This document shows, piece after piece, positions 12,081 to 23,880 of a DNA stretch of 64,000 nt. The position numbers were made by a program, and so were the translations under genes. The stretch is from Lama guanicoe (lineage: Eukaryota): assembly GCA_013239625.1 (NCBI GenBank), contig MU053934.1:1729031-1793030 (forward strand), read 5' to 3'. The notes beneath the pieces were generated by a model that saw only the letters and a program-made list of their open reading frames with translations, ran no database searches and was not told where the DNA came from. Positions within the stretch are counted from its first letter, which is position 1. Each line of letters begins with the position of its first letter.

Positions 12081-14507
12081 TTAGTTAAACCAGCATTCGT
12101 GCTGTGCCTGCCAAGGCACACAGAGCCCTTTCCTAAGCCACACCCCTCCCACTGCTGGGTGCCTGTGAAGGGAAGGAATGAGCAATTAACCCTCTAGCCA
12201 TCATTAAAACAACTCTGCAGATCAAGATACTTCCGCACCAAGAAACCCCTGCCTTGTCCACCCCTCCCTCCACAGCCCCACCAAGACCCCTCCTGAAGTT
12301 CCCTGGGCAGATGGCTTCTTCTTCCAGGCTGCCCTTGCTGACCATCTGACCCCGATCACACCCCACGGTTTGGAGAGGGAGTGTGTGCATAGAAGGCACC
12401 CGGGGCTGACCTGGGTTCCAGTCCTGGCTTCACCACTTGGTGGCTTAGATGTGTGACTGCAGGTCTCAGTCTCTCCAGCTGCACAATGGGCATCACCTTG
12501 CTTCCCCCTAGGGCGGCTGTGAGGACTGACAGAAAGCACGTTGGGGGCATTTCCAGCACATGGTGGGTGTTGCAGGGATGTGAGCATTCCCTGCCTGGGG
12601 GAGGGGACTGGGTGCTCCCCAATGGAGATAAGGCTAACAGAGGGAGGGAGAGAGGAGCAGAGAGGAAACATGTGATTATTTCCAAAATTAAGTTTTAGTC
12701 ACTCAAATAACACACAAACTCACCCTCCTTTAAATATATAGGTAAGGCTACAAGGCACCCCTGACCCATGCCCCCAACCCCAGGCTCCTGCCCCCTCCCC
12801 AGAGGTGGCCACCCCATCACTCTTCAAGACACCCCCCATGAACACATTGACATTCACACGTAAGTCCCCATAACAGAGAGTATTTCTGTCTCTTTTTCAT
12901 GTGCACGTATCATCCCGGGCACATCTGTCTGCCGCTTGTCTTTTTCACTCACCACCTCGTGCCTTATTTTCCAGCCCGGTGCTGGTGCACAGCAGATTCG
13001 GAAAGTCATTAATTCTGCCTTCAGCTCTCCTTCCAGCTGCCAGCCGGGCGCCTCTGGAGCTTGGCACTGCAGCCTTGCATCTGAATATGTCAAGGCTGCC
13101 GAGTCCTCAGGGGCCCGGGATTAGCCTAACAGGACGGGTTTGGCAGCCCAAGCGGAACTGGTTGCCAGGCCGGTGCTGCCTTCCAAGTGCCTTTCTAAAC
13201 AGCCCACACCATCTTCCATCCCTTCGCATCCTGCCCATTCGACCAGCTTCATGAAAACCCACTGTGCACCGGGACCGAGTCTCCCTCTGCTCCAGAGCAC
13301 GCATTGGCTGGAACACGGTTCTGAATGTGGCCTGTGCTATTTTGGGGGGACAAATGGCATGCTCTGGGGGTGCAGAGGAAGGAGGCAACAGTGCTGCCAG
13401 AAGCTGGGATCGCTTGATTCTCCTCTTGAGAATTGGGGCCAGTCCCCGGCGCCTCTGAATCTCGGTTTCCTTGTCTGTAAAACAGGGATCTTGACATCTC
13501 CCCACGGGTTCTTAAAGGTTTAAGCCAAACTGCAGAAGGTGCTCTGAGCATGAGATTGTGATCACTGTAGTAAGATCGGAAAATTGGCTGTCTCTCACCC
13601 TTCTTGCCACCCCTGCCACCCCTGCCACCTCTGCATTGTCCCTGTTTCAGAGACCTACCCTGAGGGATGCAGGGCATCGTAGCAGGGGTAGTGTGGGCCT
13701 CGAAGGCTAGTCTTTACTCGTTCAGCCATGATTTATTCGAGAAACAGAGGGCAGCTGTGTGTGCCAGGCACCAGCCAGGTGAGGACAGAATCGGGTCCAC
13801 GAGGCCTAACCACACCCGAGCTGTGTGATCTTGGGCTGGTTGCTCACCCTTTCTGAGCCTGTTTGCTCCTCTGCAACCTGAAGGCCATGAAATCTCCCTC
13901 ACAGAGGTTTTGTGTGGATTCAGGAGAACCCCCACGGCCCTCAGAGGTGCTTGTTCTCATTATCCTTTTGAGACCCAAAATCACTGAGCACACGTCACTC
14001 TCCATTAGCTTGTTAAAGCTTCAAAATCATCCCACACGGGGCCGACAAGGAAACAGGTTTAGAGAAGGCCACGTGGCTAGTGAGTGGAGGAGGCAAGAGG
14101 TAAACCTAGGCCTGTCTGATACCAACTCTCTGAGTCCCTGCTGAGCCTCTGGGGCTATTTCCGGGCCTGGGGGTGTGCACTGAACAAGACGGCAAGTCCC
14201 TGCTCTCGTAGAAATTCTATTTATTATTATTCCAACACAGTCCACACACATTCATGAGTCCCTCACCCCATCTCCAGCCTGGCAGGGAAATGTGGGATGA
14301 ATTACCTGTGTTTGAACCAGGCTGTGCCACGTATTGGCTCCGTGGCAAGGGATTGAACCCTCTGGGCCTCAGTTTCCTGCTCTGGAAAATGGGGAGACTC
14401 AGAATGGCTCCCCCATAGGGTGCCCATGAGGGTCAAGTCAGAGAGCGGGGAGAGGGGCGGGCAGGGGCCACCCGTGAACTCACCGCCTGGGGTTCCTCTC
14501 CCCGCAG

Positions 14508-15037
14508 GGGATGTCTTCATCCTGGTGTTCAGCCTGGATAACCGGGAGTCCTTCGACGAGGTCAAGCGTCTCCAGAAGCAGATCCTGGAGGTCAAGTCCT
14601 GCCTGAAGAACAAGACCAAGGAGGCGGCGGAGCTGCCCATGGTCATCTGCGGCAACAAGAATGACCACGGCGAGCTGTGCCGCCAGGTGCCCACCACCGA
14701 GGCCGAGCTGCTGGTGTCCGGCGATGAGAACTGCGCCTACTTCGAGGTGTCGGCCAAGAAGAACACCAACGTGGATGAGATGTTCTACGTGCTCTTCAGC
14801 ATGGCCAAGCTGCCGCATGAGATGAGCCCCGCTCTGCACCGCAAGATCTCTGTGCAGTACGGGGACGCCTTCCACCCCAGGCCCTTCTGCATGCGCCGCG
14901 TCAAGGACATGGACGCCTATGGCATGGTCTCGCCCTTCGCCCGCCGCCCCAGCGTCAACAGTGACCTCAAATACATCAAGGCCAAGGTCCTCCGGGAGGG
15001 CCAGGCCCGCGAGCGGGACAAATGCACCGTCCAGTGA
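14508..15037 (+). CDS. RASD2: RASD2 coding exon B (exon 3)
   Basis: Acceptor CCCGCAG| at 14507; G+GG completes a Gly codon; NKND (G4), EVSAK (G5), basic C-terminal extension, CAAX box CTVQ then TGA; 271+530 = 801 nt = 266 aa plus stop, the known Rhes length. Confidence 0.98.
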
Positions 15038-16990
15038 GCGGGAGGGATGCTGCAGTGGGACTTGGGCCGTGCCTTCTGGGAGGTGGCCCCAGATGCCCGC
15101 TGCCCGCATCCCCGCCACCATGTGATCCCAAAAGCAGTCGAGTTCCAACACCTTTGGCACAAGACTGGAGGACCCCAGCCTCTAACCTCCGTACACTCTC
15201 CTGCCTTCAACCACTTCCTTCTGATTCCTTCTTTCTGCTGTTCCCCCTTGGTTTCAGCTTCTCCACGGCAGGTGGATCTCTGCAGGGCGGGAGGCAAGGT
15301 TGGGAGACATCCAGATTCACACCAGGACCCAAGTCAGCGTGCGTATCCTTGCAACAAATGCTGATGCCAGAGGGGCCGAGACTCCTGCATCTGACGGAGA
15401 CTCCTAGAGCATCACAGGATGAGAATAATACCCCGGGCCAGCTGGGAGAGGGCTCTGCTCTCCTGGTGTAAGACCCAGCTCAGTTTAGGTGGCAGCTGGG
15501 AGCACCCCCCCCCAAATCCTGCAGCTCTTACCCTCTGACTCAGCTGTTTCTAGCCTCTGCCCCCTGAGTTGGCCTCCAGCTGTCCCAGACATTGAGTCAG
15601 GGTGCCTCTGTGTTTGAAGGGGGGCATGGTCACGTCACCTGGACCACATCCATCTCCTGGACTGCCTTCCTCAGCCTCCTCTCCCAGGTTCCTCTTGTCT
15701 GCTGGCTGTGCTTTGCTGTTGCAGCTGTTACGTCGTGTTCCCAGTAGAAATGGAAATCACTGTACTGTAAGAAGCCTAGTAACCCCCTTGTTGGCCAGGC
15801 CCCCACGCAGTTCAGAGTCACTGCCTCAACTGAGGACACTTTCCTCCCCTGCTCCCGGAGGGGTTCCTACAGCCTGTCTGCAGCTGGACACTGCCCTCCT
15901 CCCAGGCTTCACCGTTTATACTCACACAGGCCGGGCGGGCAGGCCGGGGCTGCTTCTCCTCTGGCCCGTGTGTCACAGAGGAGGTGGCTGAGACTCGGAG
16001 GGGAAAGCAACATGCCCCAGCCCCACTTCGCAGCTAGTTCAGGCCGGAGTTCCGCCTGGAACCAGGCTGTCCTCCATTGGGCTTGTTCCTGAAGCATTTA
16101 TTGAGCACCTACTGGGTGCTGGGTCCACTGGGTGCTAGGAAACAAAGAGGGTGAGCAATGCACTTTACCCCTCAAAGCCAAGCCTCCCCGGCTCTGGCCT
16201 CTTTCCCTTCCCCTGCCTGGCCTCTGCCCACCCCTGCTGTCCCACTGCCTTCTACACACGCAGCTGTTGGGAGGCATGGATGAGCATCTGGGAGCCAGAG
16301 CTGAGCCCAGGAGAGGTAGAAGAGAAACGTTCCGGGTAGGTCAGAGATTGGGCTGTGCTGGGTACCAGGCATGGTGGGATTTGAACCCATGGACCAAAGG
16401 CTCTTGTCATCAGCTTTTAGCAAATATATTTTGTATTTTTAATCTGCTTAAAAATATTTAAGTTTTGGGCCCCAAGAAACCTTAGTAATTGGCTAGGGAA
16501 TCTTTCCAAGGCCCAGAGAGGGTAAGTAACTTGCTCCAGGTCACACAGCAAGTCAATGAGTGGCAGAAGCAGGGCTAGGTGTGGGCATTCAGCACACACT
16601 CTGATGTGCCCCTCTCCTGATGCTGCCTCAGCCGCTGGGGACCTCAGGGATTTGAGGTGTCCTCTCCATAACCTTCTCCCTGGATCGGCCTCTGAGGGCT
16701 CCTCTGGATTCTGTGTACATTGTGCTCAAGCATATACATGTACACACACACGTGAACACAGATATACATATGCCCTGGCCGCAGGCTCTGCACACCCCAT
16801 GCTCCCACCCTGGCCCCTACTGCTCAGGGCAGCTGCTCTGACCCTGCTTCTGTGCCCCCACCTGGCCCCAGCCTGAACCTTGTACCTTGGCCAGGACGGA
16901 CGTGTGGCCTGGTCTCACCTGGTCACACCCCTGCTGCCCCATATCTCTGTGAATACTCTCAATTAAAGTGGGTTTGTTTCTAAGCCGTGT
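15038..16990 (+). other. RASD2: RASD2 3'UTR (contains an L2 remnant at ~16090-16180 and a MIR at ~16495-16600)
   Basis: Runs from the stop codon to ATTAAA 16962-16967, which is followed by a GU/U-rich element; cleavage site approximate. Confidence 0.7.
16962..16967 (+). terminator. RASD2: Polyadenylation signal ATTAAA (RASD2)
   Basis: ATTAAA followed about 20-50 nt downstream by GTGTCGTTGACCATGTGTGTTTTCTGTATTT. Confidence 0.7.
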
Positions 16991-17327
16991 CGTTGACCAT
17001 GTGTGTTTTCTGTATTTCCAAGAAAAGGTGTGGTTCTTCCCCCAACCAAAGCTGGCCTTGCCCTCCCCAGATTGCACCTGCCTGGTGCCCTCGCCTGCGT
17101 GTCCGCGCAGACTGAGTCAGCCTTCCAGGTTAAGTAAGTGGGGAAGGGGGAGGGAATAAAACCCCAAGATAGACTTTGTGCCCCTCTCCCGGCCCTGACC
17201 CTTCTGGGCCTCTGAGGGATGTGTGCTGAGTTGTCCGTGTGCCTCTGGAGAAGTGGCTGGGTCGGACTGGAGAGGCCCTCCCCTGTGGACTATCAGCCCT
17301 TTGGGGTCACCGTATGTCTGAGTTTGG

Positions 17328-17595
17328 GGTGGTTCCCATAGAGCATGAATGTTGCTCCCAGGGAACACTTGGCCATATCTGGAAATAGTTGTTGGGGCTG
17401 GCATGTGCTGGGTACCAGGCATGGGATTTGAACCTGTGGACCAAAGGCTCTTGTCATCAGCTCTTAAAAAATACATTTTGTAAGATTGTCAAAACCGGGA
17501 GGGGCACGTGATACTAGCATCTGGCTAGTCAAGGCCAGGGATGGTGTAAACACCCTCTAATTCCCAGGACAACCCCCAGCAAAAAGAGTTACCCT
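17328..17595 (+). mobile_element. MER20 (hAT-Charlie) interrupted by an ~90 bp foreign insert
   Basis: CCCAGGGAACACTTGGCCATATCTGGA ... ATTGTCAAAAC ... TACTAGCATCTGG ... AGGCCAGGGATG ... CAGGACAACCCCCAGCAAAAAGAGTTA follows the order of the MER20 consensus. Confidence 0.75.
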
Positions 17596-20581
17596 TCCTC
17601 CACTTGGGGCTGTGAATAAGTCACGTCTTCTTCCGGGCTTCAGTTTCTTCATCTCTAAATGAGAGATGGGGAGGAGGACAGCTGGACCAAACGATGCACG
17701 AACAGCCCCCTACAGCCTTGGCAAGAAGGAATTAATATTCCTACTACATAACCCTCAGCATTCCGATCGTTACTAAACAGAACACGTTTGCTCCGGCCCC
17801 GGCCCCAGCCCCACTCCGTGCAGCCCACAGATTCGCCCTGGAACGGGGTTAACAAGAAAAAGCTGTGGCAGAGGAAGACGCTGTGCCTAACAAATCTCTT
17901 CCTTGCCCTGGGACGGAGGGTGGAATAAGACTGTAGGAAAATTCCCCTCACGGAGAGACCACTCAGAGACAAGCCCAGGACAGCCAGCTTAATTCCTGAC
18001 CTAGGAGGGGAGCGCTGGGGATCTGATCTCAGAGAATTCTGCACTGCGAACTCTAAGCACTTGTTCTGTTCCGCCTCCCCGAACCTGTCACTTACTCCAA
18101 AGCAAAACTTCAGTCTGTGTCTCGCTTGGTGAGGGCTGATGGGAGGCCAGCTGGGACTCGGCGGAAGAGGCTGCTGGGCACCGGGAAGGGAAAGGGAGTT
18201 GACCTTTGTTGGAGACCCACTGTGCACCAAGCACCGTGCTCGACCTATTCCTGCATCTTCTCATTGCATCCTCGTGGCAAAGCTCAGAGGAAGGGATTAT
18301 GAATCCCCATATGAGGGAACTGAGGCTCAGAGAGGGAAAGCCACATGCCTGAGGCTGCACAGCTGGTAAGTGGCAGAGCTGGGCTAGAATCCAAGTCTGA
18401 TTGCAAAGCGTATTTTCTCTCTGAGCTTTCATAAGCTGTGGGGCTGCTCTCTGGAGGGAGAGGCCAGCAGGTTGGGGTGCGATGTCTGAATGTGGTTCAG
18501 AGAACTTGGGCAGGTGTCATTCATGGCGAGTGACTAGCCAAGGACGTAGCCACTGTAGCTGGAGGAGAACTTGATTTCTCGCTCAGGGAAAAGCCCAAGG
18601 TGAGTGTGCTGCCAGAGTGTGGCTCTGCTCCACTTGGTCATTTGGGCATCCAGGTTTCAAGCTCCTCCCTCTCTCAGACCATGTCACCATTTGCAAGGTC
18701 AAAGCCATTGCCACATTCAGGTTCAGCAGCAGGAGGGGCAAGAGCAGAGAGTCCAGTGGATGCACACACCCTTTCCACTAAGACTCAGCCATGTGCCCGC
18801 ACCTACTTGTGAGAAGGCTGGGAAACACAGTTCCTTGCTAGGTGGCCCCACGCCCAGTGGTGACTCGTTACTGTGGAAGAAGAGGAGGAGCGATCGGTCG
18901 GTCGGCTAACATTCTACCCAGCAACCCTCACGCTGTGGGTCCAAACCTGATTTCCAACAAGCTCCACTCTGTCAATGCGATCAGAAAGCAGCTCTGACCG
19001 CTCACTGCGTCTCTAAAGTGGCTCTGGGCTGTGTTTCCCTGATCCCTCCATGAGAACTTGGACTGTCCCATGAGTTTTCTCATTGACAGCAAAGGCCCTT
19101 CGGGTGGCAATACAGCCTCAATTAAAAATCCTTGGCCCATGTGATGATTAAAATTTCAGTCTTCATTCAAAGGAAAGACATTCCCCTCTTCCCCAGCCAA
19201 GTTCTGTTGTGCACAAAAAGCTAGAATTTGGGGAAGAGAAGGATGGGAAGGTTCTCTCTCTGTCTCTCTTCTATTTTTCATTCTCCATCTTCCGTTTTAA
19301 CTGATTCCAGTTTCTCTCTCCTCTGTTCTTGGGAAGTGAGTCTGTTGGGGGTTGAGGGTGGGGGTGGAGCAGGGACGTAGCTACTTGCCAGGCACTATGG
19401 TGCTGTGGCAAGACTGTGTCACGCCCAGAGCTTGGGAGGTGTTTAACAATGGGAGACTAAATCTCAAGGGTAATTCTGTAGATTTTTCAGAGACCATCCT
19501 GCCACCACTGGGAACCCCTCAGCTGTGAGCATCTTGATGCAGTTCTGTGCACCTGTCTGGGTCGCCTGCACAGTCCTTCGCAACCCCTAGGAATGTTCCG
19601 ACACTCCCGGATTCCCTGTGCTGAGGCCTCTGGCCCTTCCAGGATGCTCTCTTGGACAGAGCCTAAGGCGTCCCCACACTGGTATTCTCTCGTGGTTCTC
19701 CTGCATCTGCTCTGCAGGAAACTCACACCATCTGCCCCAATTAGCTTGGGTATAAGTTGATCTGAGTTCAGTAAGGATCTTTAGCATCTAGCCCAGACAG
19801 TCTATCACCCACTAGATTTATCAGGCGAGGACAGCGGTCCACAGAGACCTCGGCTACAGGGACAAGTGTCAGGCACCCAAGGCTTGAGATGAGGCCAGAC
19901 ACTCCCACAGAATAAAATCGCACTCTCCAAAAATTCTCTCTCCCAAGAAATCCTCTTACTACATCCTTTGATGTAGGTGCGAAGTATGAGCTTTAAGTAT
20001 CTTGTTCTTGGCCACCTACATTGAAAATGTTGCTTTGGTTTGGCGTCTTGCTTTAGAATCTAAGATCAATATTGTTAGATGAAAATGAAGGGGCAAGGAC
20101 CAGGGTCATCCTCCAGGAAAAAGGGGATCGGGGAATGGCATTCATTGGTGGGGGGACTATAGCCTCATCCAGGAAATGGAACGCTGGACAGGAAAGTGAG
20201 TCAGAGCCCAATGTAAGGACTGAACCAGCCCAGGTACCCTGGGCACGCACCTTAATGTGTATCTCAATAAGAGAGGCACAGCATTTGTAGAGTTAATAAC
20301 GTAGACTCTAGTCTGAGACTTTCTGGGTCCAAATCTCAGCTCTGCTACTTTCAAGCTGAGTGTCCTTAGGTAAGTTACTTTTGTATTGGTTAGCTCTCAC
20401 TGCAGTAATGCTGTGTAACAGACACCCCCAAATTAAGTGGTTCATAAACAAAACATTTCTTCTTATGCTTACTGGACTCCAAGTTGATTACATTTTAATT
20501 GGTTTAGGATGAATGTTGCTGGGCTTGACTCCAATACTGATTCTGTTTTTATTTTCAATTTTGATATTTTTTTCATCATGA

Positions 20582-20990
20582 TGTCTTATTTCATTTAGGC
20601 TGCTATGACAAAAGTACCATAAACTGAGTTTTAACAACATGCCCATATTACAACACAAACTGGTTTATGAATAAATTACATATTGATAACATGAACAACA
20701 AGCATATTTTTCACAGTTCTGGAGGCTAGGAAGTCCAGGATCAAGGCAGTGGCAGATCTGAGAATCTTCTTCTTAGTTCATAGATGGCCCTTCTCACTGT
20801 GTCTTCACATTGTGGAAGAGGCAAGGGAGCTCTCTGGAGTGTGTTTTGTAAGGGCACAGATCCCATTCATCAGGGCTCCACCCTCATGACCTAACCACCT
20901 CCCCAAAACTGCATGTCTAATTACCGTCATATTGGAAGTTAGGTTTCAACATATGAATTTGGAGGGAACACAAACATTCAGCCTATAGCA
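20582..20990 (-). mobile_element. MaLR LTR (MLT1A-like)
   Basis: TGTCTTA..GGCTGCTATGACAAAAGTACCATAAACTG, CACAGTTCTGGAGGCTAGGAAGTCCAGGATCAAGG, ends CAAACATTCAGCCTATAGCA. Confidence 0.8.
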
Positions 20991-21655
20991 GTGGATTTTT
21001 TGCATTACTTTTTATTTCAAAAGTATTACATGAAATATTATTTTGTTTGATTCTCTGAGTGTATTGGCATCTCCTTACATTTTTGTACGTGAGGCCATTG
21101 CCACCCTCACCTCACCCTAATCTTGGCCCTGGCTCCAGGCCACAGGGTGGTTTCCAGTCTGTCCCGCATATTTGTTCTGGGACCACCTCCCTCTCCCCCA
21201 CAGGTTGTAAGGGCTGGCAGCTACCCAGGGTATGCACTTCTATGATGACTTACTGAAACACAAAAGGATGGAAACGGGAGATGCGTCCTGACACGTTGGC
21301 CTAGAGCTGATGTACTGTCACTTCTGCCAGACTTCATTGGCCAAAGCTAGTCATACAGCCAGACCACACCGCATGGGGTGGGGAATTACTCTGTCCACTC
21401 AGGGAAGCACTGGGCAAAGGGCTTGCACGTAGGTCCTAACACGGGGAAATGTGAAGGACAGTCCACCACACCAGTCTTCTCTGATATGCACTCCCTGCCC
21501 TGCAGCAACAGCTCTGGCCAACCTTGGACCCATCACTTCTTTGCACCTCTGTTCCTTCATCCCGGAATCTCAGGGAGGCCCTCATGAGGTGTAAACGAAA
21601 GCACTTGGAAATTTGTATGAAGGGTGCAAACTTCAATCATTTGCCATGTGTTCAC

Positions 21656-22156
21656 TGTAGGGTTTTACGACATGGCCCCCAAACCCTTTGACACACCTCT
21701 TTCCAAGAGGTAGGGTCTGTGTCCCCTCCGCTTAGTATGGATGAGCTCCTGACTGCTTCCACCAATAGCTGGAGTGATGCTATGTGACTTCTAAGGTCAG
21801 CTCAGAAAAGACCACACAGCCCTGCCCGGTTCTTTTGGAACATTGTCTTGCTCTCAGGATGCTCCCTTTCAGAACCCAGCTGCTGTACAGTGTGCAGCCC
21901 GTTCCCTGTGGAGAGGCCATGTGGAGGTGCTCCGGACACAGCTCGTAGCTGAGCCCAGCCTGAAGGCCAAACATATGCATACAGGATCCTTCAGGCTCCA
22001 GCCCAGCCCTCCCAGTCTTCTGGACATAGCCGAGCAGGAAGAAGCCATGCCTGCCACACTCTGTCCAAATTCCTGACCACACGACCTGAGAACACAAGAA
22101 AGTAGTTACAGTTTTATGCCCCTAAAGTTGGAGTGGTTTGTTAGGTAACAATACAT
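21656..22156 (+). mobile_element. MaLR LTR (MLT1 family)
   Basis: ATGGCCCCCAAA...GGGTCTGTGTCCCCTCC, GGAGAGGCCATGTGGAG, ends TTTTATGCCCCTAAAGTTGGAGTGGTTTGTTAG. Confidence 0.7.
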
Positions 22157-23786
22157 ATTTAAAACATTCACCAAAATTCTCCTCATTGTCTGGATCTCAG
22201 GGCATAGAAAGAAATCAGATGCAGTTCTGGCTCCACAAAGTGCCAGCAAGCAGCCATAGCAGTGATTGCAATGTAGTCGGTCACGTGTTATGACAGGGGC
22301 TGTGGATGCACAGAGGAGGGGCCCCTAACCCCACCTGGGTGAGGTCCTGGACTGGCCCCTCTGTGGGAGATAATGCTGGAGTTGAGTCTAATGGATTAGT
22401 AAAAGCTAACCAGGAGGACGAGGGAGCAGGCTTCTAAATGGAATGTGCAAGGGACTAGAGCTCAGTGCAGCTGGGGCACAAAGGGCAAAAGCCCACTATT
22501 CCTCAAAACACTCTAAATGCCCAGCTGCCACAGGACCTTTGCATTTGCTGTTATCTCTGCCAGGAATGTGCTTCCTCTCCAGTCCCCACTGGCTTACTTG
22601 GTCCTTTCATTCATATCTCTGCTCCAAGAAGCTTCTCCGGACTTCTTGACTTAAGATCCCCTCCTAATCCATCACTCTCCACCCTTTTCCCCTGCTTTAT
22701 CTTTCCTGTTAATGTTGATCGTCAATGGACTGTTTATAACATGCATGTTTATTGCATGTCTCTTCCACTAGAATGGAAATTACATGAGACTAAGATACAG
22801 GTCCTCCCAGCATAGTGTATTGCCTGGCACCCAATAGGTCTTTGCTAAATACATCAGGAGTGGATGGCGGAACGACAAGAGACACATGATCAGCACACAT
22901 GTGGAAGTGCACTCTGGCTGCAGGGAAGGGGTTGGAGTGTCATGAGAGGAGGCAAGGAGAGCAGGCAAGAGGGGCTACAGTCAGCCAGGTGGGAACCAAT
23001 GGCACGAAGGGCCTCTTCTGGGATGCGGTGCGGGGATGGCCAGGATATGGGGATTCGATGTCGTAGAAGTGAAGACCTGGAGTCACGAGCCAGCTGTGGG
23101 GCGTTGCATTGGGTGGAGAGTCAAAGGTGGGGCCCAGGACTGACATTTGGGCAGCTGGGTGGTTGGTGGTGCCAGTCTCCAAAATAGGGCTCCATCAGGA
23201 CAGGTGCAGGTTGGAAGGCATGAGCCTGGGGAACAGGATGGGGAGGATGAGCTGGGTTTGAGTCAGGTGGAGTTTGAGGCACCCTTGGGAACTTCAAGTG
23301 CAGTGGACCAGCAGGAACCTGGAGGTGAGGGTCTGAAGCTTAGGAGGGAAGTCCAGCCTTGGGCGATGGATCTGAGGCTCATGCCAGCCACCAGGGAATG
23401 TCGGTTGGAAAGACGAGGCAGTAAGGAGGGGGCCCAGAGGAAGGCCAGGGGTTAGGGAAAGACAGAGTGAAGGACGGCAGAGGAAGAGAGAAGAGGTGGG
23501 TGAAAAATCAGAGAATGGGGCCATGGAAGCTGGGGAACAGGAAGGTTTGAGAAGGAATAGGTGGTTGCCAGCGTCAAAGCTGCCAAGAAGGGGCTGAAGG
23601 GTGTTGGTGGGAAAAAAAAACAACAAAAGCACAGACCGCGTGTGAAAGGAGGGGGTGATGAGCTAATAGCAAGGGTACTGTTTTCTCTTTCTTTTTAATA
23701 TTTAATAAGCATGGCAGGAAAATGGAAGAGAAACCAGAGGGAGAGGAGGGGTTCCAGAGGGACTGTTGTTGGTGTTATTACCATTG

Positions 23787-23880
23787 TTTTTCCTTTTAGT
23801 GGAGGTACTGGGAATAGAACCCAGGACCTCGTGCATGCTAAGTGCTCTGCCACTGAGCTATTACCCTCCCTCCCCGCCCC
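23787..23880 (-). mobile_element. tRNA-Ala-derived short SINE (Vic-1-like)
   Basis: GGAGGTACTGGGAATAGAACCCAGGACCTCGTGCATGCTAAG..CACTGAGCTA; TTACCATT occurs on both sides (probable target-site duplication). Confidence 0.85.

Noticed and set aside
14480..15160. 226-aa antisense ORF over RASD2 exon 3 (and 114 aa over exon 2)
   Set aside because: Typical antisense shadow of a coding exon with high GC3; no independent promoter or homology evidence
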